Origin: Desulfuromonas sp.
GTDB taxonomy: Bacteria; Desulfobacterota; Desulfuromonadia; Desulfuromonadales; UBA2294
Direction: 5' to 3'
Assembly (NCBI GenBank): GCA_002868925.1
Contig: PKTZ01000163.1
Coordinates: forward strand, 1-56,156
DNA: 56,156 bases
Positions 9,387-19,315 of this stretch are shown here, piece after piece. The position numbers and the translations under genes were made by a program. Under the pieces are notes generated by a model that had not been told where the DNA came from, searched no databases, and was given only the letters and a program-made list of their open reading frames with translations. The stretch's first letter is position 1. Every line of letters starts with the position of its first letter.

Positions 9387-10304
9387 TTGCGTATCGCGAT
9401 TGTCGGTTCCGGCGCCCTCGGCCTCTTCTACGGCGCCCGCCTGCTCCATTCCGAACAGAATGTCCATTTCTTGCTAAGGCGGGACTACGAGGCAATCCGT
9501 AGCGGCGGGCTTCAGGTCTACTCCGTCGACGGTGACTTTCACCTCGACCGGGTGAACAGCTACCGCAACAGCGCCGACATCGGCCCGGTCGATCTGGTCC
9601 TGGTCGGCCTGAAGACCTTCTGTAACGATCGCGCCATCGACCTGATCGAACCGCTGGTTTCAGAACGGACGACCATCCTGACCCTGCAGAACGGCCTCGG
9701 CAACGAAGAGCTGTTGGCAAAAAGGTTCGGGGAGAAACAGATCATGGGCGGAGTCGCTTTCCTCTGCGCCAACCGGGGCGAACCGGGAACGGTGCATCAC
9801 CTCGGCCAGGGCGCAATCCGCATCGGCAATTTCTCCGGCGGCCATAACGAAAAGGGCGAAACGATTGCGACCGCCTTCCGGCAGGCCGGGATCAGCTGCG
9901 AGTATGTCGACGATCTCAAACGGGCACGCTGGGAAAAGCTGGTCTGGAACATCCCGTTCAACGGCCTGACCGCCCTGACCGGAAAGTGCGTAACCGACCT
10001 GCTCGCCCACCCACCGACCCGACAACTGGCGATCGAGATCATGCGGGAGGTGGTCGCCGCCGCCAACGCGCAGTCGCTTTCGGCTCCGATCGAAGGAGAA
10101 CCTTTCATCGACAGGATGATCGCCGCCACCGAGACCATGGACGGCTACCGACCGAGCATGATGATCGATCGCCTCGAAGGGCGGCCCCTCGAACTGGAGG
10201 CGATCTACGCCCTGCCGCTTAAGGCCGCAGGCGCAAAAGGGATCGCCATGCCGCGCACCGAAATGCTGCACAGTCTGCTCGATCTGGGCGAACCGCCCGC
10301 CTGA
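9387..10304 (+). CDS. panE: 2-dehydropantoate 2-reductase (ketopantoate reductase)
   Basis: IVGSGALG, TLQNGLGNEE, WEKLVWNIPFN, SMMID...LELEAI. Confidence 0.9.
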   Translation: MRIAIVGSGALGLFYGARLLHSEQNVHFLLRRDYEAIRSGGLQVYSVDGDFHLDRVNSYRNSADIGPVDLVLVGLKTFCNDRAIDLIEPLVSERTTILTLQNGLGNEELLAKRFGEKQIMGGVAFLCANRGEPGTVHHLGQGAIRIGNFSGGHNEKGETIATAFRQAGISCEYVDDLKRARWEKLVWNIPFNGLTALTGKCVTDLLAHPPTRQLAIEIMREVVAAANAQSLSAPIEGEPFIDRMIAATETMDGYRPSMMIDRLEGRPLELEAIYALPLKAAGAKGIAMPRTEMLHSLLDLGEPPA

Positions 10305-10345
10305 ATCGATCAAACCTGAATGAAAAGATTATTTCTTGTTGCTGC

Positions 10346-11128
10346 CTAGCGGTAGGGAGCCAACACAATCGTTCCGACATCGAGGAGCTGACCCGCCACG
10401 GCCCGGCGGCAGGCTTCATCGCCCTCGCCGAGGGTGCCGTACGGCTCGCCGGCCCGCGGCTGGCCGCGACTGCCGGTTCGGGCGGCCAGGCAGTAGGTTC
10501 CCGGCTCCGGTACGAACAGGGTGAATTGCCCATCCCGATCGGAGGGCGGCGAGGTCAAGTCGGGCATGCGGTGAAACTCCGGGGTGCGGTACGCGAGCAC
10601 GAGCGCATCGGGAAAGGGGTGTCCATCGGCCGCGATCAAACGACCACGAAACCCGGTATCCCCCGAGGTCAGAGTCCCCTGCTTGCCCTGGCGAGGGGTG
10701 CCGCTCTCCCGCAGCCTGAAATCGATGCTGACGATCGACTGCGGTGCAACCCGGACCGGGTTGTCCGGATAGATCGCCCAGGCGTCGCCCGGGCGGGGCG
10801 GGCCGGCATCGGAGCCACTCTTGCGCAGCCGCGCGACCAGGTGATACTCCCCTTCGACCAGATCGAGGAAATAGCTCCCGTCCGGCTCGACCCGGGCCCC
10901 GAAATCGGCCGGGCCACGCAGGCCGCGGCTGGCCGAGCGGTAGGCATAAACGAAGGCGCCGTCGGCCGGCCGGCCATCCTGTAGCACTTGCCCACCGACG
11001 CCGGTCGCGCCAGTCAGATCGGCCAGGTCATCCGTTCCCGGTGGCGCCGCGCAGGCCGCCATCAGCAACAGGATCGGAAGCAGGATCGCTCTAGATGTCG
11101 GGAGTGTACTCTTCGGGAATCGCAACAT
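10346..11128 (-). CDS. Lipoprotein with two carboxypeptidase-regulatory-like (Ig-like) repeats
   Basis: Lipobox LMAAC; two repeats of G...AFVYAY/LVLAY...DG.Y/F.L....G.Y.L.AR; GAGGA SD before ATG 11128. Confidence 0.7.
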   Translation of the reverse strand: MLRFPKSTLPTSRAILLPILLLMAACAAPPGTDDLADLTGATGVGGQVLQDGRPADGAFVYAYRSASRGLRGPADFGARVEPDGSYFLDLVEGEYHLVARLRKSGSDAGPPRPGDAWAIYPDNPVRVAPQSIVSIDFRLRESGTPRQGKQGTLTSGDTGFRGRLIAADGHPFPDALVLAYRTPEFHRMPDLTSPPSDRDGQFTLFVPEPGTYCLAARTGSRGQPRAGEPYGTLGEGDEACRRAVAGQLLDVGTIVLAPYR

Positions 11129-13079
11129 CGACTTCCTCGTCCAGAAGGGTGTCCTGCCCGGCATCGGGACCATTGATCTGGGTGATGTTGCCGTTTTGAA
11201 CCTGCAGCAGGAACAGAATCTTTTCGGCGTCGCCGACCAGGTTGAAGGTGGTCGCCCCGGTCACACCGGGATAGTTGCTCAACTGGCTCAGGGCGAGACG
11301 GAGGTCGTTACGGCTCCTGACGTTATCGCGGCTGAGCAGGGAAATAAAAATATTGGCGACATCGAAGCCCTGCGCTTCGAGGATGGTCGGCTCCTCGCCG
11401 TACTTGGAAAAGTAACGGTTGGCGAATTCCTGGACGAACGGATAGGGGCTGTAGGGAAAGAACCCGTCAACGAATATCGCCCCTTCGACGAACGGACCGG
11501 CCAGACGCACCAGGTCGGGTGAGTTCCAGCCGTTGATGCCGAGCAGCGGCAGCTCTTCAATCCCGTAGTAGGCGAGCTGGGGTGCGATCATCCCGACCTT
11601 GTCGGCGTAATCGGGGATGAACAGGGCGTCAAAATCGACCGGCGGGAAATCGGGGACGAACAGATCCTCGAGCATCTCCTGCTCGGTCATATACTCTTCG
11701 CGGAAATCGGGGTCTTCCCCCTTGAGCAACCTGATCTGCCTGCCGAAATCGGTTGCATCCTCCGGGTAGGATTCAGAGGTTGTGACCAGACCATTCCGCT
11801 TGAGGACTTCCTGCGAAAAAAGGTCGAGCATTTCGCGCCCGAGGCGGTTATCCGGATAGAGGACACCGAAGCCGGTCATGCCGAGTTCGTCGACCACGTA
11901 GCGGGCAAGTTCCTGGACCTGCAGTCTGGCGGTCATCGAGTTTCGGAAAACGAAAGGACCGATCTCCGGCAAACCCTTATGCTGCGACAGGGTCAAAAGC
12001 GGGATCTTCTCGACCTCGGCCTTGCGTGCCGCCGCCTCGGAGGCGGCGGGTGTAATCGGACCGGCGACCGCGACCGCCTTGTCGGCCGTTGAAAGCTGCT
12101 CGACCAGCGCCCGGCTTCGCGCCGGGTCGCCACCGTTGTCGCGATAGATGAAACGGATGCCGCTCTCCTCGAGATCCTGCATCTCGACCGCGAGGTCGAT
12201 GCCACGCTTGACCAGTTGGCCGTAGGCGGCGAAGCGGCCGGAGAGCGGCAGCACGACTCCGACCGACCGCTCAAGCCAGCTCTGACCGGTCAGTTCGGTG
12301 TAGAGGCGGATAGCGCCACCACGATACGCGGCCGGAATCAGGCCGAGATCGGTCTGGGCGATCAGTCGGGCCGCCTGCACCCGGTCACCGGCGGCGAGCT
12401 CCAGCTCCACCTGCTGTAACCGCGCGGCGGCGCCGACCGGCGAACCGGCAAACATGAAAGCGATTTCGGGAAGGATATCGTTAGAAATTTGGGTTTCGAC
12501 AACCTGCTGGGCGAACCGGTAAATCCCTCTGACATCTTCGGAAGGAGCAGAACGCATCGCCCGATTGGCAAACCAGAGCGCTCTTTGATAATTGCCGAGG
12601 GCGGCGTTCCCTTCGGCGAGAATCCGCAGCCGGATGCTCTGGTCGGACGGCGGCAGCACCTGCGGGTCGACCCCCTGCAGGGCAGCCATCCCCTCGCGCG
12701 TCAACGAGATGGCAACCAGCGCCCGCCCTTCGAGGTAGCGTGCTTCATCGTTGCGCTCCTCGACCGGGATGGCGGCGATCTGCGCCAGCACCGTATCGAA
12801 CTGCTTCTCGGCGAGATAGATCCGCGCCAGGGCGATATGGGCCTGTTGCAGACGTTCGGCGTCGGTTTCGACTTCGATCGCCGCGATCAGCATCGGCTTG
12901 GCCGCCTCCGGCTGCTCCGCCTCGAACAGCGCCAGCCCTTCGGTAAGCAGGTCGATTTCGCTCGGCGCCTCGACCGCCGCCGGAGTTTCCTCGGCGGGGT
13001 CGGCGGCAAAGGTGACCACCGGGACCAGCAGCAGCAAGGCCAGCAACAGAAGCACTGTTTTTTGAATCCGGATGAACAT
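11091..13079 (-). CDS. LpoA/LppC-like penicillin-binding protein activator (TPR-like N-terminus plus type I periplasmic binding fold)
   Basis: Signal peptide; helical repeats; VGVVLPLSGRFAAYG, DALFIPD, YPGVTGATTF. Confidence 0.8.
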   Translation of the reverse strand: MFIRIQKTVLLLLALLLLVPVVTFAADPAEETPAAVEAPSEIDLLTEGLALFEAEQPEAAKPMLIAAIEVETDAERLQQAHIALARIYLAEKQFDTVLAQIAAIPVEERNDEARYLEGRALVAISLTREGMAALQGVDPQVLPPSDQSIRLRILAEGNAALGNYQRALWFANRAMRSAPSEDVRGIYRFAQQVVETQISNDILPEIAFMFAGSPVGAAARLQQVELELAAGDRVQAARLIAQTDLGLIPAAYRGGAIRLYTELTGQSWLERSVGVVLPLSGRFAAYGQLVKRGIDLAVEMQDLEESGIRFIYRDNGGDPARSRALVEQLSTADKAVAVAGPITPAASEAAARKAEVEKIPLLTLSQHKGLPEIGPFVFRNSMTARLQVQELARYVVDELGMTGFGVLYPDNRLGREMLDLFSQEVLKRNGLVTTSESYPEDATDFGRQIRLLKGEDPDFREEYMTEQEMLEDLFVPDFPPVDFDALFIPDYADKVGMIAPQLAYYGIEELPLLGINGWNSPDLVRLAGPFVEGAIFVDGFFPYSPYPFVQEFANRYFSKYGEEPTILEAQGFDVANIFISLLSRDNVRSRNDLRLALSQLSNYPGVTGATTFNLVGDAEKILFLLQVQNGNITQINGPDAGQDTLLDEEVDVAIPEEYTPDI

Positions 13080-13116
13080 CGTCTCTCCCCCGAAGAAGGG
13101 GTAGCATATCATAAAA

Positions 13117-14229
13117 TCAGTCGAAAAGTTCTTTAACCTTGTCGAAAAAGCCCTTGCCCATGGGATTGACATCCTCCCCACCTTCGCGGGCAAATTCCTC
13201 GAGCAGCTCTTTCTGCTTGGACGTTAATTTGGTCGGCGTCTCGACCCGGATCACGACCAGCTGGTCGCCACGGCCGTAGCCCTGCAGCGACGGAATCCCC
13301 TTGCCCCCAAGCTTGAGGACCTTGCCCGACTGGGTACCGGCCGGTACTTTCAGCTTGACCTTGCCGTCGAGCGTCGGCACCTGCAGTTCGCAGCCGAGCG
13401 CCGCCTGGCTGAAGCTGACCGGGACCTCGCAGATCACGTCCCGCCCTTCCCGTTCGAAGATCGGGTGATTTTCGACCGAGATCACGACGTAGAGATCGCC
13501 CGGCGGGCCGCCCTTCTCCCCCGATTCCCCTTCCCCGCTCATCTTGAGCCGGGTTCCGGTTTCGACGCCGGCCGGGATTTTCAGTGAGATCGATTTTTTC
13601 TTCCTGACCCGGCCGCTGCCGTGACAACTCTTGCACGGCTTGTCGACGATCTTCCCTTCGCCGGAGCACTCCGGGCAAGGACGGGTCAGCGAGAAGAACC
13701 CCTGTTGGTACCGGACCTGGCCGGCCCCCTGGCAGGTGCCACAGGTCCGCGGCTCGGTCCCCTCGGCGGCACCGGAACCGTTGCAGGTTTCGCAGGGCTG
13801 GTGCCGCGGGATCTGGATCTTGGTCTCCAGGCCGAACGCCGCCTCCTCGAAGGAGATCGAGAGGTTGTAGCGCAGGTCGTCGCCGCGCCGGCCGCGTCCA
13901 CCGCGCCGGGTCTGGCCACCACCGAAGATATCGCCGAAGATGTCACCGAAGATATCCTCGAACGGCGAACCGCCACCGAATCCACCGGAAGAGAACCCGC
14001 CGCCGCCCAGGCCGGCATGGCCGAACTGGTCGTAGGTCGCCCGTTGCTGGGCATCGGAGAGGACCGCGTACGCTTCGGAAAGCTCCTTGAACTTTTCTTC
14101 GGCCGCCTTGTCGCCCGGGTTCTTGTCAGGATGGTACTGGATCGCCAGTTTGCGGTAGGCCTTCTTGATCTCGGCCTCGCTGGCGTTGCGATTGACCTCC
14201 AGCACCTCGTAATAATCACGTTTACTCAA
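13117..14229 (-). CDS. dnaJ: Chaperone DnaJ
   Basis: J domain with HPD, G/F-rich region, four CxxCxGxG repeats. Confidence 0.99.
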   Translation of the reverse strand: MSKRDYYEVLEVNRNASEAEIKKAYRKLAIQYHPDKNPGDKAAEEKFKELSEAYAVLSDAQQRATYDQFGHAGLGGGGFSSGGFGGGSPFEDIFGDIFGDIFGGGQTRRGGRGRRGDDLRYNLSISFEEAAFGLETKIQIPRHQPCETCNGSGAAEGTEPRTCGTCQGAGQVRYQQGFFSLTRPCPECSGEGKIVDKPCKSCHGSGRVRKKKSISLKIPAGVETGTRLKMSGEGESGEKGGPPGDLYVVISVENHPIFEREGRDVICEVPVSFSQAALGCELQVPTLDGKVKLKVPAGTQSGKVLKLGGKGIPSLQGYGRGDQLVVIRVETPTKLTSKQKELLEEFAREGGEDVNPMGKGFFDKVKELFD

Positions 14230-14263
14230 AACGATTTTCCTTGCTTACTGCTAAATGTCAAGC

Positions 14264-14301
14264 AGCAGAAGCCGGGCTTGCCCGGCTTCTGCTTTCTTTT
14301 T
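14264..14301. terminator. Hairpin between dnaK and dnaJ
   Basis: AGCAGAAGCCGGGC-tt-GCCCGGCTTCTGCT long inverted repeat. Confidence 0.6.
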
Positions 14302-14323
14302 ACTGATCAGAAAAGACGATGGC

Positions 14324-16240
14324 TTACTTCTTTTCGTCACCCTTGTCGTCATCGACTTCTTCGAACTCGGCGTCGACGACGTTCTCGTCACTACCGGCCG
14401 CTTCGGCGCCGCCGGCAGCTTCCCCGCCTTCGCCCTCGGTCTCGGCATACATCGCCTCGGCGAGTTTGTGCGCCGACTGGGCGAGGGCTTCCATCTTGCT
14501 GTTGATGGCGTCCTTGTCGTCACCGTCCATCACCGCCTTGAGCTCTTCCAGTGCTGTTTCGATATTCTTCTTGGTCTCTTCATCAATCTTGTCTGCGTGT
14601 TCCTTGAGCGACTTCTCGGTCGTGTAGACGATTCCGTCGGCCTGGTTGCGAATCTCGATCAGTTCGCGCTTCGCCTTGTCCTCGGAGGCGTGCGATTCCG
14701 CCTCCTTGACCATCTTGTCGATCTCCTCTTCACTCAGGCCGCTGGAGGCGGTGATCCGGATCGACTGCTCCTTGCCGGTACCGAGGTCCTTGGCCGAAAC
14801 ATGCAGGATGCCGTTAGCGTCGATATCGAAGGTAACCTCGATCTGCGGTACGCCGCGCGGCGCGGCCGGGATCCCGACCAGCTCGAAGCGACCGATGGTC
14901 TTGTTGTCGCCCGCCATCTCGCGCTCGCCCTGCAGCACGTGCACCGATACCGCCGGCTGGTTGTCGGCCGCGGTCGAGAAGATCTGGCTCTTCTTGCACG
15001 GGATGGTGCTGTTCTTTTCGATCAACTTGGTCATAACCGAACCGAGGGTCTCGATCCCGAGCGACAGCGGACTGACGTCGAGCAGCAGCACATCCTTGAC
15101 CTCGCCCTTGAGGACACCGCCCTGGATGGCGGCGCCGATGGCGACCACTTCGTCCGGGTTGACCCCCTTGTTCGGCTCCTTGCCGAAGATCTCCTTGACC
15201 TTCTGCTGGACCGCCGGCATCCGGGTCATGCCACCGACCAGGATGATCTCGTCGATATCGGATGCTGTGAGGCCGGCATCCTTGAGCGCGATCTTGCACG
15301 GATCAACCAGCTTGGAGATCAAATCTTCGCAGATGCTCTCGAGCTTGGCCCGTGAAAGCTTGATGTTGAGGTGCTTGGGCCCCGACTGGTCGGCGGTGAT
15401 GAACGGCAGGTTGATGTCGGTCTCCATCGAAGAGGAGAGTTCGCATTTCGCCTTCTCCGCACCTTCCTTGAGGCGCTGTAGCGCCATCTTGTCGCCACGC
15501 AGGTCGATCCCCTGCTCTTTCTTGAACTCGTTAGCGACGTAGTCGATGATGCGCTGATCGAAATCTTCGCCACCGAGGAAGGTATCACCGTTGGTCGCCT
15601 TGACCTCGAAAACACCGTCACCGAGCTCGAGGATCGAGACGTCGAAGGTACCGCCGCCGAGGTCGAAGACGGCGATCTTCTCGTCTTCCTTCTTGTCGAG
15701 TCCGTAAGCGAGCGAGGCCGCGGTCGGCTCGTTGATGATCCGCAGGACGTTGAGGCCGGAGATCTTGCCGGCATCCTTGGTCGCCTGGCGCTGCGAGTCA
15801 TTGAAGTAGGCCGGCACCGTGACCACGGCGTCGGTCACCTCTTCACCGAGGTAATCTTCGGCGGTCTGTTTCATCTTCTGCAGGATCATCGCCGAGATCT
15901 CCGGGGCGCTGTACTTCTTGCCGCGCGCCTCGACCCAGGCGTCGTTGTTATCCGCCTTGATGATTTTGAACGGGCTGATCTCGATATCCTTCTTGACCGC
16001 CTCCGAATCGAACTTGCGGCCGATCAGACGCTTGATCGCAAACAGGGTATTTTCCGGGTTGGTCACTGCCTGGCGCTTCGCCTGCTGACCGACCAGACGC
16101 TCACCGCTCTCGGTGAAAGCGACCATCGACGGCGTGGTCCGTGCTCCTTCGGCATTGGCGATAACTTCCGGCTCGCCACCTTCCATAACGGCAACACACG
16201 AGTTGGTGGTCCCGAGGTCTATTCCTATTACTTTACCCAT
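14324..16240 (-). CDS. dnaK: Chaperone DnaK (Hsp70)
   Basis: [38 protein letters not shown]. Confidence 0.99.
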   Translation of the reverse strand: MGKVIGIDLGTTNSCVAVMEGGEPEVIANAEGARTTPSMVAFTESGERLVGQQAKRQAVTNPENTLFAIKRLIGRKFDSEAVKKDIEISPFKIIKADNNDAWVEARGKKYSAPEISAMILQKMKQTAEDYLGEEVTDAVVTVPAYFNDSQRQATKDAGKISGLNVLRIINEPTAASLAYGLDKKEDEKIAVFDLGGGTFDVSILELGDGVFEVKATNGDTFLGGEDFDQRIIDYVANEFKKEQGIDLRGDKMALQRLKEGAEKAKCELSSSMETDINLPFITADQSGPKHLNIKLSRAKLESICEDLISKLVDPCKIALKDAGLTASDIDEIILVGGMTRMPAVQQKVKEIFGKEPNKGVNPDEVVAIGAAIQGGVLKGEVKDVLLLDVSPLSLGIETLGSVMTKLIEKNSTIPCKKSQIFSTAADNQPAVSVHVLQGEREMAGDNKTIGRFELVGIPAAPRGVPQIEVTFDIDANGILHVSAKDLGTGKEQSIRITASSGLSEEEIDKMVKEAESHASEDKAKRELIEIRNQADGIVYTTEKSLKEHADKIDEETKKNIETALEELKAVMDGDDKDAINSKMEALAQSAHKLAEAMYAETEGEGGEAAGGAEAAGSDENVVDAEFEEVDDDKGDEKK

Positions 16241-16312
16241 GACGTTATTCCTCCTTTATCGTTCAACGATTTTATCTTTTTGTTAATCCGTATCCGGTTT
16301 TCCACCTGCAAC

Positions 16313-16918
16313 TTACTCCGACTCGCTCTCCGCTTCGTCGGCACTGTTTTTTTCAGGCGTCTTGGCCACCATGACCATCGCCGGCCGCAGCAGGCGGTTG
16401 TTCAGGGTGTACCCCTTCTGCATCTCCTGTACCACGGTGTTCGGTTCATACTCGTCCGACTCGACCTGTCCCATTGCCTGGTGGAAGTTCGGGTCGAACG
16501 GCTGTCCGATCGATTCGACCGGCTTGACCCCGAAGGTTTCGAGCACCTTGCGGAATTGGACGAGGGTCATCTCGACCCCTTCGAGCAGACTACTTCCCTG
16601 ATCGTCGTTGGCATGTTCGACCGCCCGCTCGAGGTTGTCGATCACCGGTACCATCTCGCGCAGCAGGTTGTCGTTGGCGAAGCGGATCGCGTCTTCTTTA
16701 TCACGCTGGGCCCGCTTGCGGTAATTCTCCAGGTCGGCCAGCGCCCGCAGGTAGAGATCCTTGTTCTTGCCCGCCTCTTCCTGGTAATCGACCGGCGCCT
16801 CCTCGGCCGTCTCTTCTTTCACCTCATCAGGCTCCGGTGCAGCCTCCTGGGCCGACTGCTCTTCCGTCGCCTCGACTTCTTCGACGACCGACTCCTGCTT
16901 CTTTTTCTTTTTTGCCAC
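16313..16918 (-). CDS. grpE: Nucleotide exchange factor GrpE
   Basis: ADLENYRKR, FDPNFHQA, QKGYTLNNRLLRPAMV; GTG 16918 with AAGGAG SD. Confidence 0.97.
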   Translation of the reverse strand: MAKKKKKQESVVEEVEATEEQSAQEAAPEPDEVKEETAEEAPVDYQEEAGKNKDLYLRALADLENYRKRAQRDKEDAIRFANDNLLREMVPVIDNLERAVEHANDDQGSSLLEGVEMTLVQFRKVLETFGVKPVESIGQPFDPNFHQAMGQVESDEYEPNTVVQEMQKGYTLNNRLLRPAMVMVAKTPEKNSADEAESESE

Positions 16919-16922
16919 CTTC

Positions 16923-17972
16923 TTATTTCTCCTTGCCAAGTCCGGTCTCCATGAGCCGACTGATCAACCTGGCGGTGTAGTCGACGATCGGGATGACCTT
17001 GGAATATTTCATGCGATTCGGACCGATGACCCCGAGGGTACCGATGGTCCCGTGTACGTTCCTGTAGCTCGAGGTGATCAGGCTGCACCCCTCGATCTCG
17101 TTGTAGCTGTTGGCGCTACCGATAAAGATCTGGACACCGCTCGCCTCCTGGCTTTTGTCGAGCAGGTCGACCAGGCGGCTCTTCTGCTCGAAGGCCAGGA
17201 ACAGCTTCTTCATTTTTCCGACGTCGGCGAAATCGGGCAGCTCGAGAAAGCTGGAGGCGCCTTCGATATAGACCCTCTCTTCAACATCCTCGGCCAGTGC
17301 CTTGTCGGAAAGATTGAGCGCCCGCTGCATCAACTCGTCGTAGAGCGCCTTCTCCTGCTTCATTTCGGCCGCGACCTTCTCCTTGACCTCCTGGATGGTC
17401 ATGCCGGAGAGGGCGTTGTTGAGATAGTTGGTAATCTTCTCCAGTTCGCGCTGGCTCAAATCCTCGTCGAGTTCGATCAGCTTGTTCTGAACCAGCCCCG
17501 ACTGTGAGACGAAAACCACCAGCACCTTGCCGCCGGAGAGCCGGACGAACTCGATGTGGCGGAAGACGGTCGAGGTGAAGCGGGGGGCCATCACGATGCC
17601 GGCATAGCTGGAGAGCGATGAGAGCGCCTTGCCGGTCTCCTGCAGCAGGCTCTCCACCGATTTTTTCTCGACGTTGCAGTGATCCTCGATCCGCTGCTTC
17701 TCGCGACTGGTCAGCTCCCTGAGCTGCAACAGGCTGTCGACGTAATAGCGGTACCCCTTATCGGTCGGGATGCGGCCGGCAGAGGTATGCGGCGACGCGA
17801 GATAGCCCATCTCCTCGAGATCGGCCATGACGTTGCGCACCGTCGCCGGCGAAATATCCATGTTATGGCGCCGGGTCATGGCCCGGGAGCCGACCGGATC
17901 ACCGGAGGATATATAGTCGTCGACGATCGCTTCGAGGATCGTGCGGCTGCGGTCGTTCAGGTCGTTGCCCAT
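16923..17972 (-). CDS. hrcA: Heat-inducible transcription repressor HrcA
   Basis: SPATVRNVMADLEEMGYL, PHTSAGRIPTDKGYRYYVD, GVIGPNRMKY. Confidence 0.98.
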   Translation of the reverse strand: MGNDLNDRSRTILEAIVDDYISSGDPVGSRAMTRRHNMDISPATVRNVMADLEEMGYLASPHTSAGRIPTDKGYRYYVDSLLQLRELTSREKQRIEDHCNVEKKSVESLLQETGKALSSLSSYAGIVMAPRFTSTVFRHIEFVRLSGGKVLVVFVSQSGLVQNKLIELDEDLSQRELEKITNYLNNALSGMTIQEVKEKVAAEMKQEKALYDELMQRALNLSDKALAEDVEERVYIEGASSFLELPDFADVGKMKKLFLAFEQKSRLVDLLDKSQEASGVQIFIGSANSYNEIEGCSLITSSYRNVHGTIGTLGVIGPNRMKYSKVIPIVDYTARLISRLMETGLGKEK

Positions 17973-18025
17973 GACGAAATCCTACAAAAATAACTGAAGC
18001 CGGCAAAACCGGCCCAACCATCCCG

Positions 18026-18052
18026 TTAGCACTCATGATTGACGAGTGCTAA
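18026..18052. promoter_or_regulatory. CIRCE operator
   Basis: Perfect TTAGCACTC-N9-GAGTGCTAA upstream of hrcA. Confidence 0.97.
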
Positions 18053-18059
18053 CGGGGTC

Positions 18060-18088
18060 AAGATAACAACGGCCCTGGGCTTTGTCAA
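18060..18088 (-). promoter_or_regulatory. sigma70-type promoter of hrcA-grpE-dnaK
   Basis: TTGACA-17-TATCTT with extended TG, just upstream of CIRCE. Confidence 0.8.
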
Positions 18089-18126
18089 GGCATTAGGCGT
18101 GGAAAATTGGCGGGGCTGAAAACCGC

Positions 18127-19257
18127 CTACAGAAAGTGGCTCAGAAGGGTATTGAACAGCAGCCAGCCGTCGATGTTAAAACGCCAGCGGCCCTCTTCGC
18201 AAACGAGCATGTCGTCACATCTGGCGATAGCGTCGGCATACCGCATTTGCAGGTCGACACCGAAGGCGGCACGGAAGGTTTCGGCATCGACGCCACGGTC
18301 GGTGCGAAGACCGAGGTAGAGCATCTCCGCCATCGCCCCTTCCCGGTCAAAGGTTTCGATCGTCTGCGCCGTATCACGGCCGGCGGTCACGTTTTCGGCA
18401 TAGCGATCCAGATCGGCGGCGACTGCGCGCCTCTCCCCCCAGCCGGTGGCAACGAAACTGTGTGCGCCGGCGCCGAGACCGAGGCAGGGGAGGCGCTGCC
18501 AGTAACCCTGGTTGTGCCGACAGGCATAGCCGGGGCGGGCGAAGTTGGAGATCTCGTAATGACGATAACCGGCGGCGGTCAAACGCGCATCGACCCGCAG
18601 AAAGAGCTCGGCGTAGAGATCCTCGTCCGGGAGCACGATTTTACCTCCGGCAACCTGCTCTCCGAGCGGGGTGCCGGTCTCGGCGGTCAGACCATAGCAG
18701 GAGAGGTGCTCCGGTTCGAACTCCAGCAAAGCGTCGAGGTCGTTCTCAAGTTCCGTCCGGGACTGCCCCGGCAGGGCGAACATCAGGTCGAGGGAGAGGT
18801 TGTCGAAACCGGCCTGCCGGGCCAGCCGAACCGCCTCACGGCTCTCGGCGACGCTGTGCGGCCGACCGAGCTTTGCCAGGAGGTTTGGCTGCAGGCTCTG
18901 CATCCCGAGCGACAATCGATTGACTCCCGCCGCCCGATACCCTTGGAGCTTCTGGGCATCGACCGTACCGGGGTTCGCCTCGAGGCTGATCTCGGCCTCA
19001 GCCGACAACCCGAAGTGCTTAGCGACTCCCTGCAACAGATCGGCGACAACCCCAGGCGCCAACAGGCTAGGCGTGCCGCCGCCGAAAAAGAGGGTGTCGA
19101 CCGGCCCCTGCCAGCCGTTTGCGGCTGCCCTCTCCAGATCCTTGCGCAGCAGTTCACCATACGCGTCGACAGCCCCTTCGTTCTTCTCGACCGAGAAGAA
19201 ATCACAGTAGGGGCATTTGCGCAGGCAGAACGGAATATGGAAATAGAGTCCGGTCAT
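18127..19257 (-). CDS. hemW: Radical SAM heme chaperone HemW (HemN-like)
   Basis: LYFHIPFCLRKCPYCDF, GGGTPS, YEISNFA, HNQGYW (HNxxYW); adjacent to hrcA. Confidence 0.93.
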   Translation of the reverse strand: MTGLYFHIPFCLRKCPYCDFFSVEKNEGAVDAYGELLRKDLERAAANGWQGPVDTLFFGGGTPSLLAPGVVADLLQGVAKHFGLSAEAEISLEANPGTVDAQKLQGYRAAGVNRLSLGMQSLQPNLLAKLGRPHSVAESREAVRLARQAGFDNLSLDLMFALPGQSRTELENDLDALLEFEPEHLSCYGLTAETGTPLGEQVAGGKIVLPDEDLYAELFLRVDARLTAAGYRHYEISNFARPGYACRHNQGYWQRLPCLGLGAGAHSFVATGWGERRAVAADLDRYAENVTAGRDTAQTIETFDREGAMAEMLYLGLRTDRGVDAETFRAAFGVDLQMRYADAIARCDDMLVCEEGRWRFNIDGWLLFNTLLSHFL

Positions 19258-19261
19258 AAAT

Positions 19262-19294
19262 AAAAGAGGCGGAGCCCGAAGCCCCGCCTCTTTT
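19262..19294. terminator. Terminator-like hairpin after nhaD, immediately before the hemW start
   Basis: AAAAGAGGCGGAGC-ccgaa-GCCCCGCCTCTTTT. Confidence 0.7.
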
Positions 19295-19315
19295 CATACC
19301 ATATTTAAATACAGC

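Noticed and set aside
14255-15542. Long + strand ORFs antisense to dnaK
   Set aside because: Well-known shadow ORFs caused by codon bias opposite dnaK in GC-rich genomes; no SD or domain motifs
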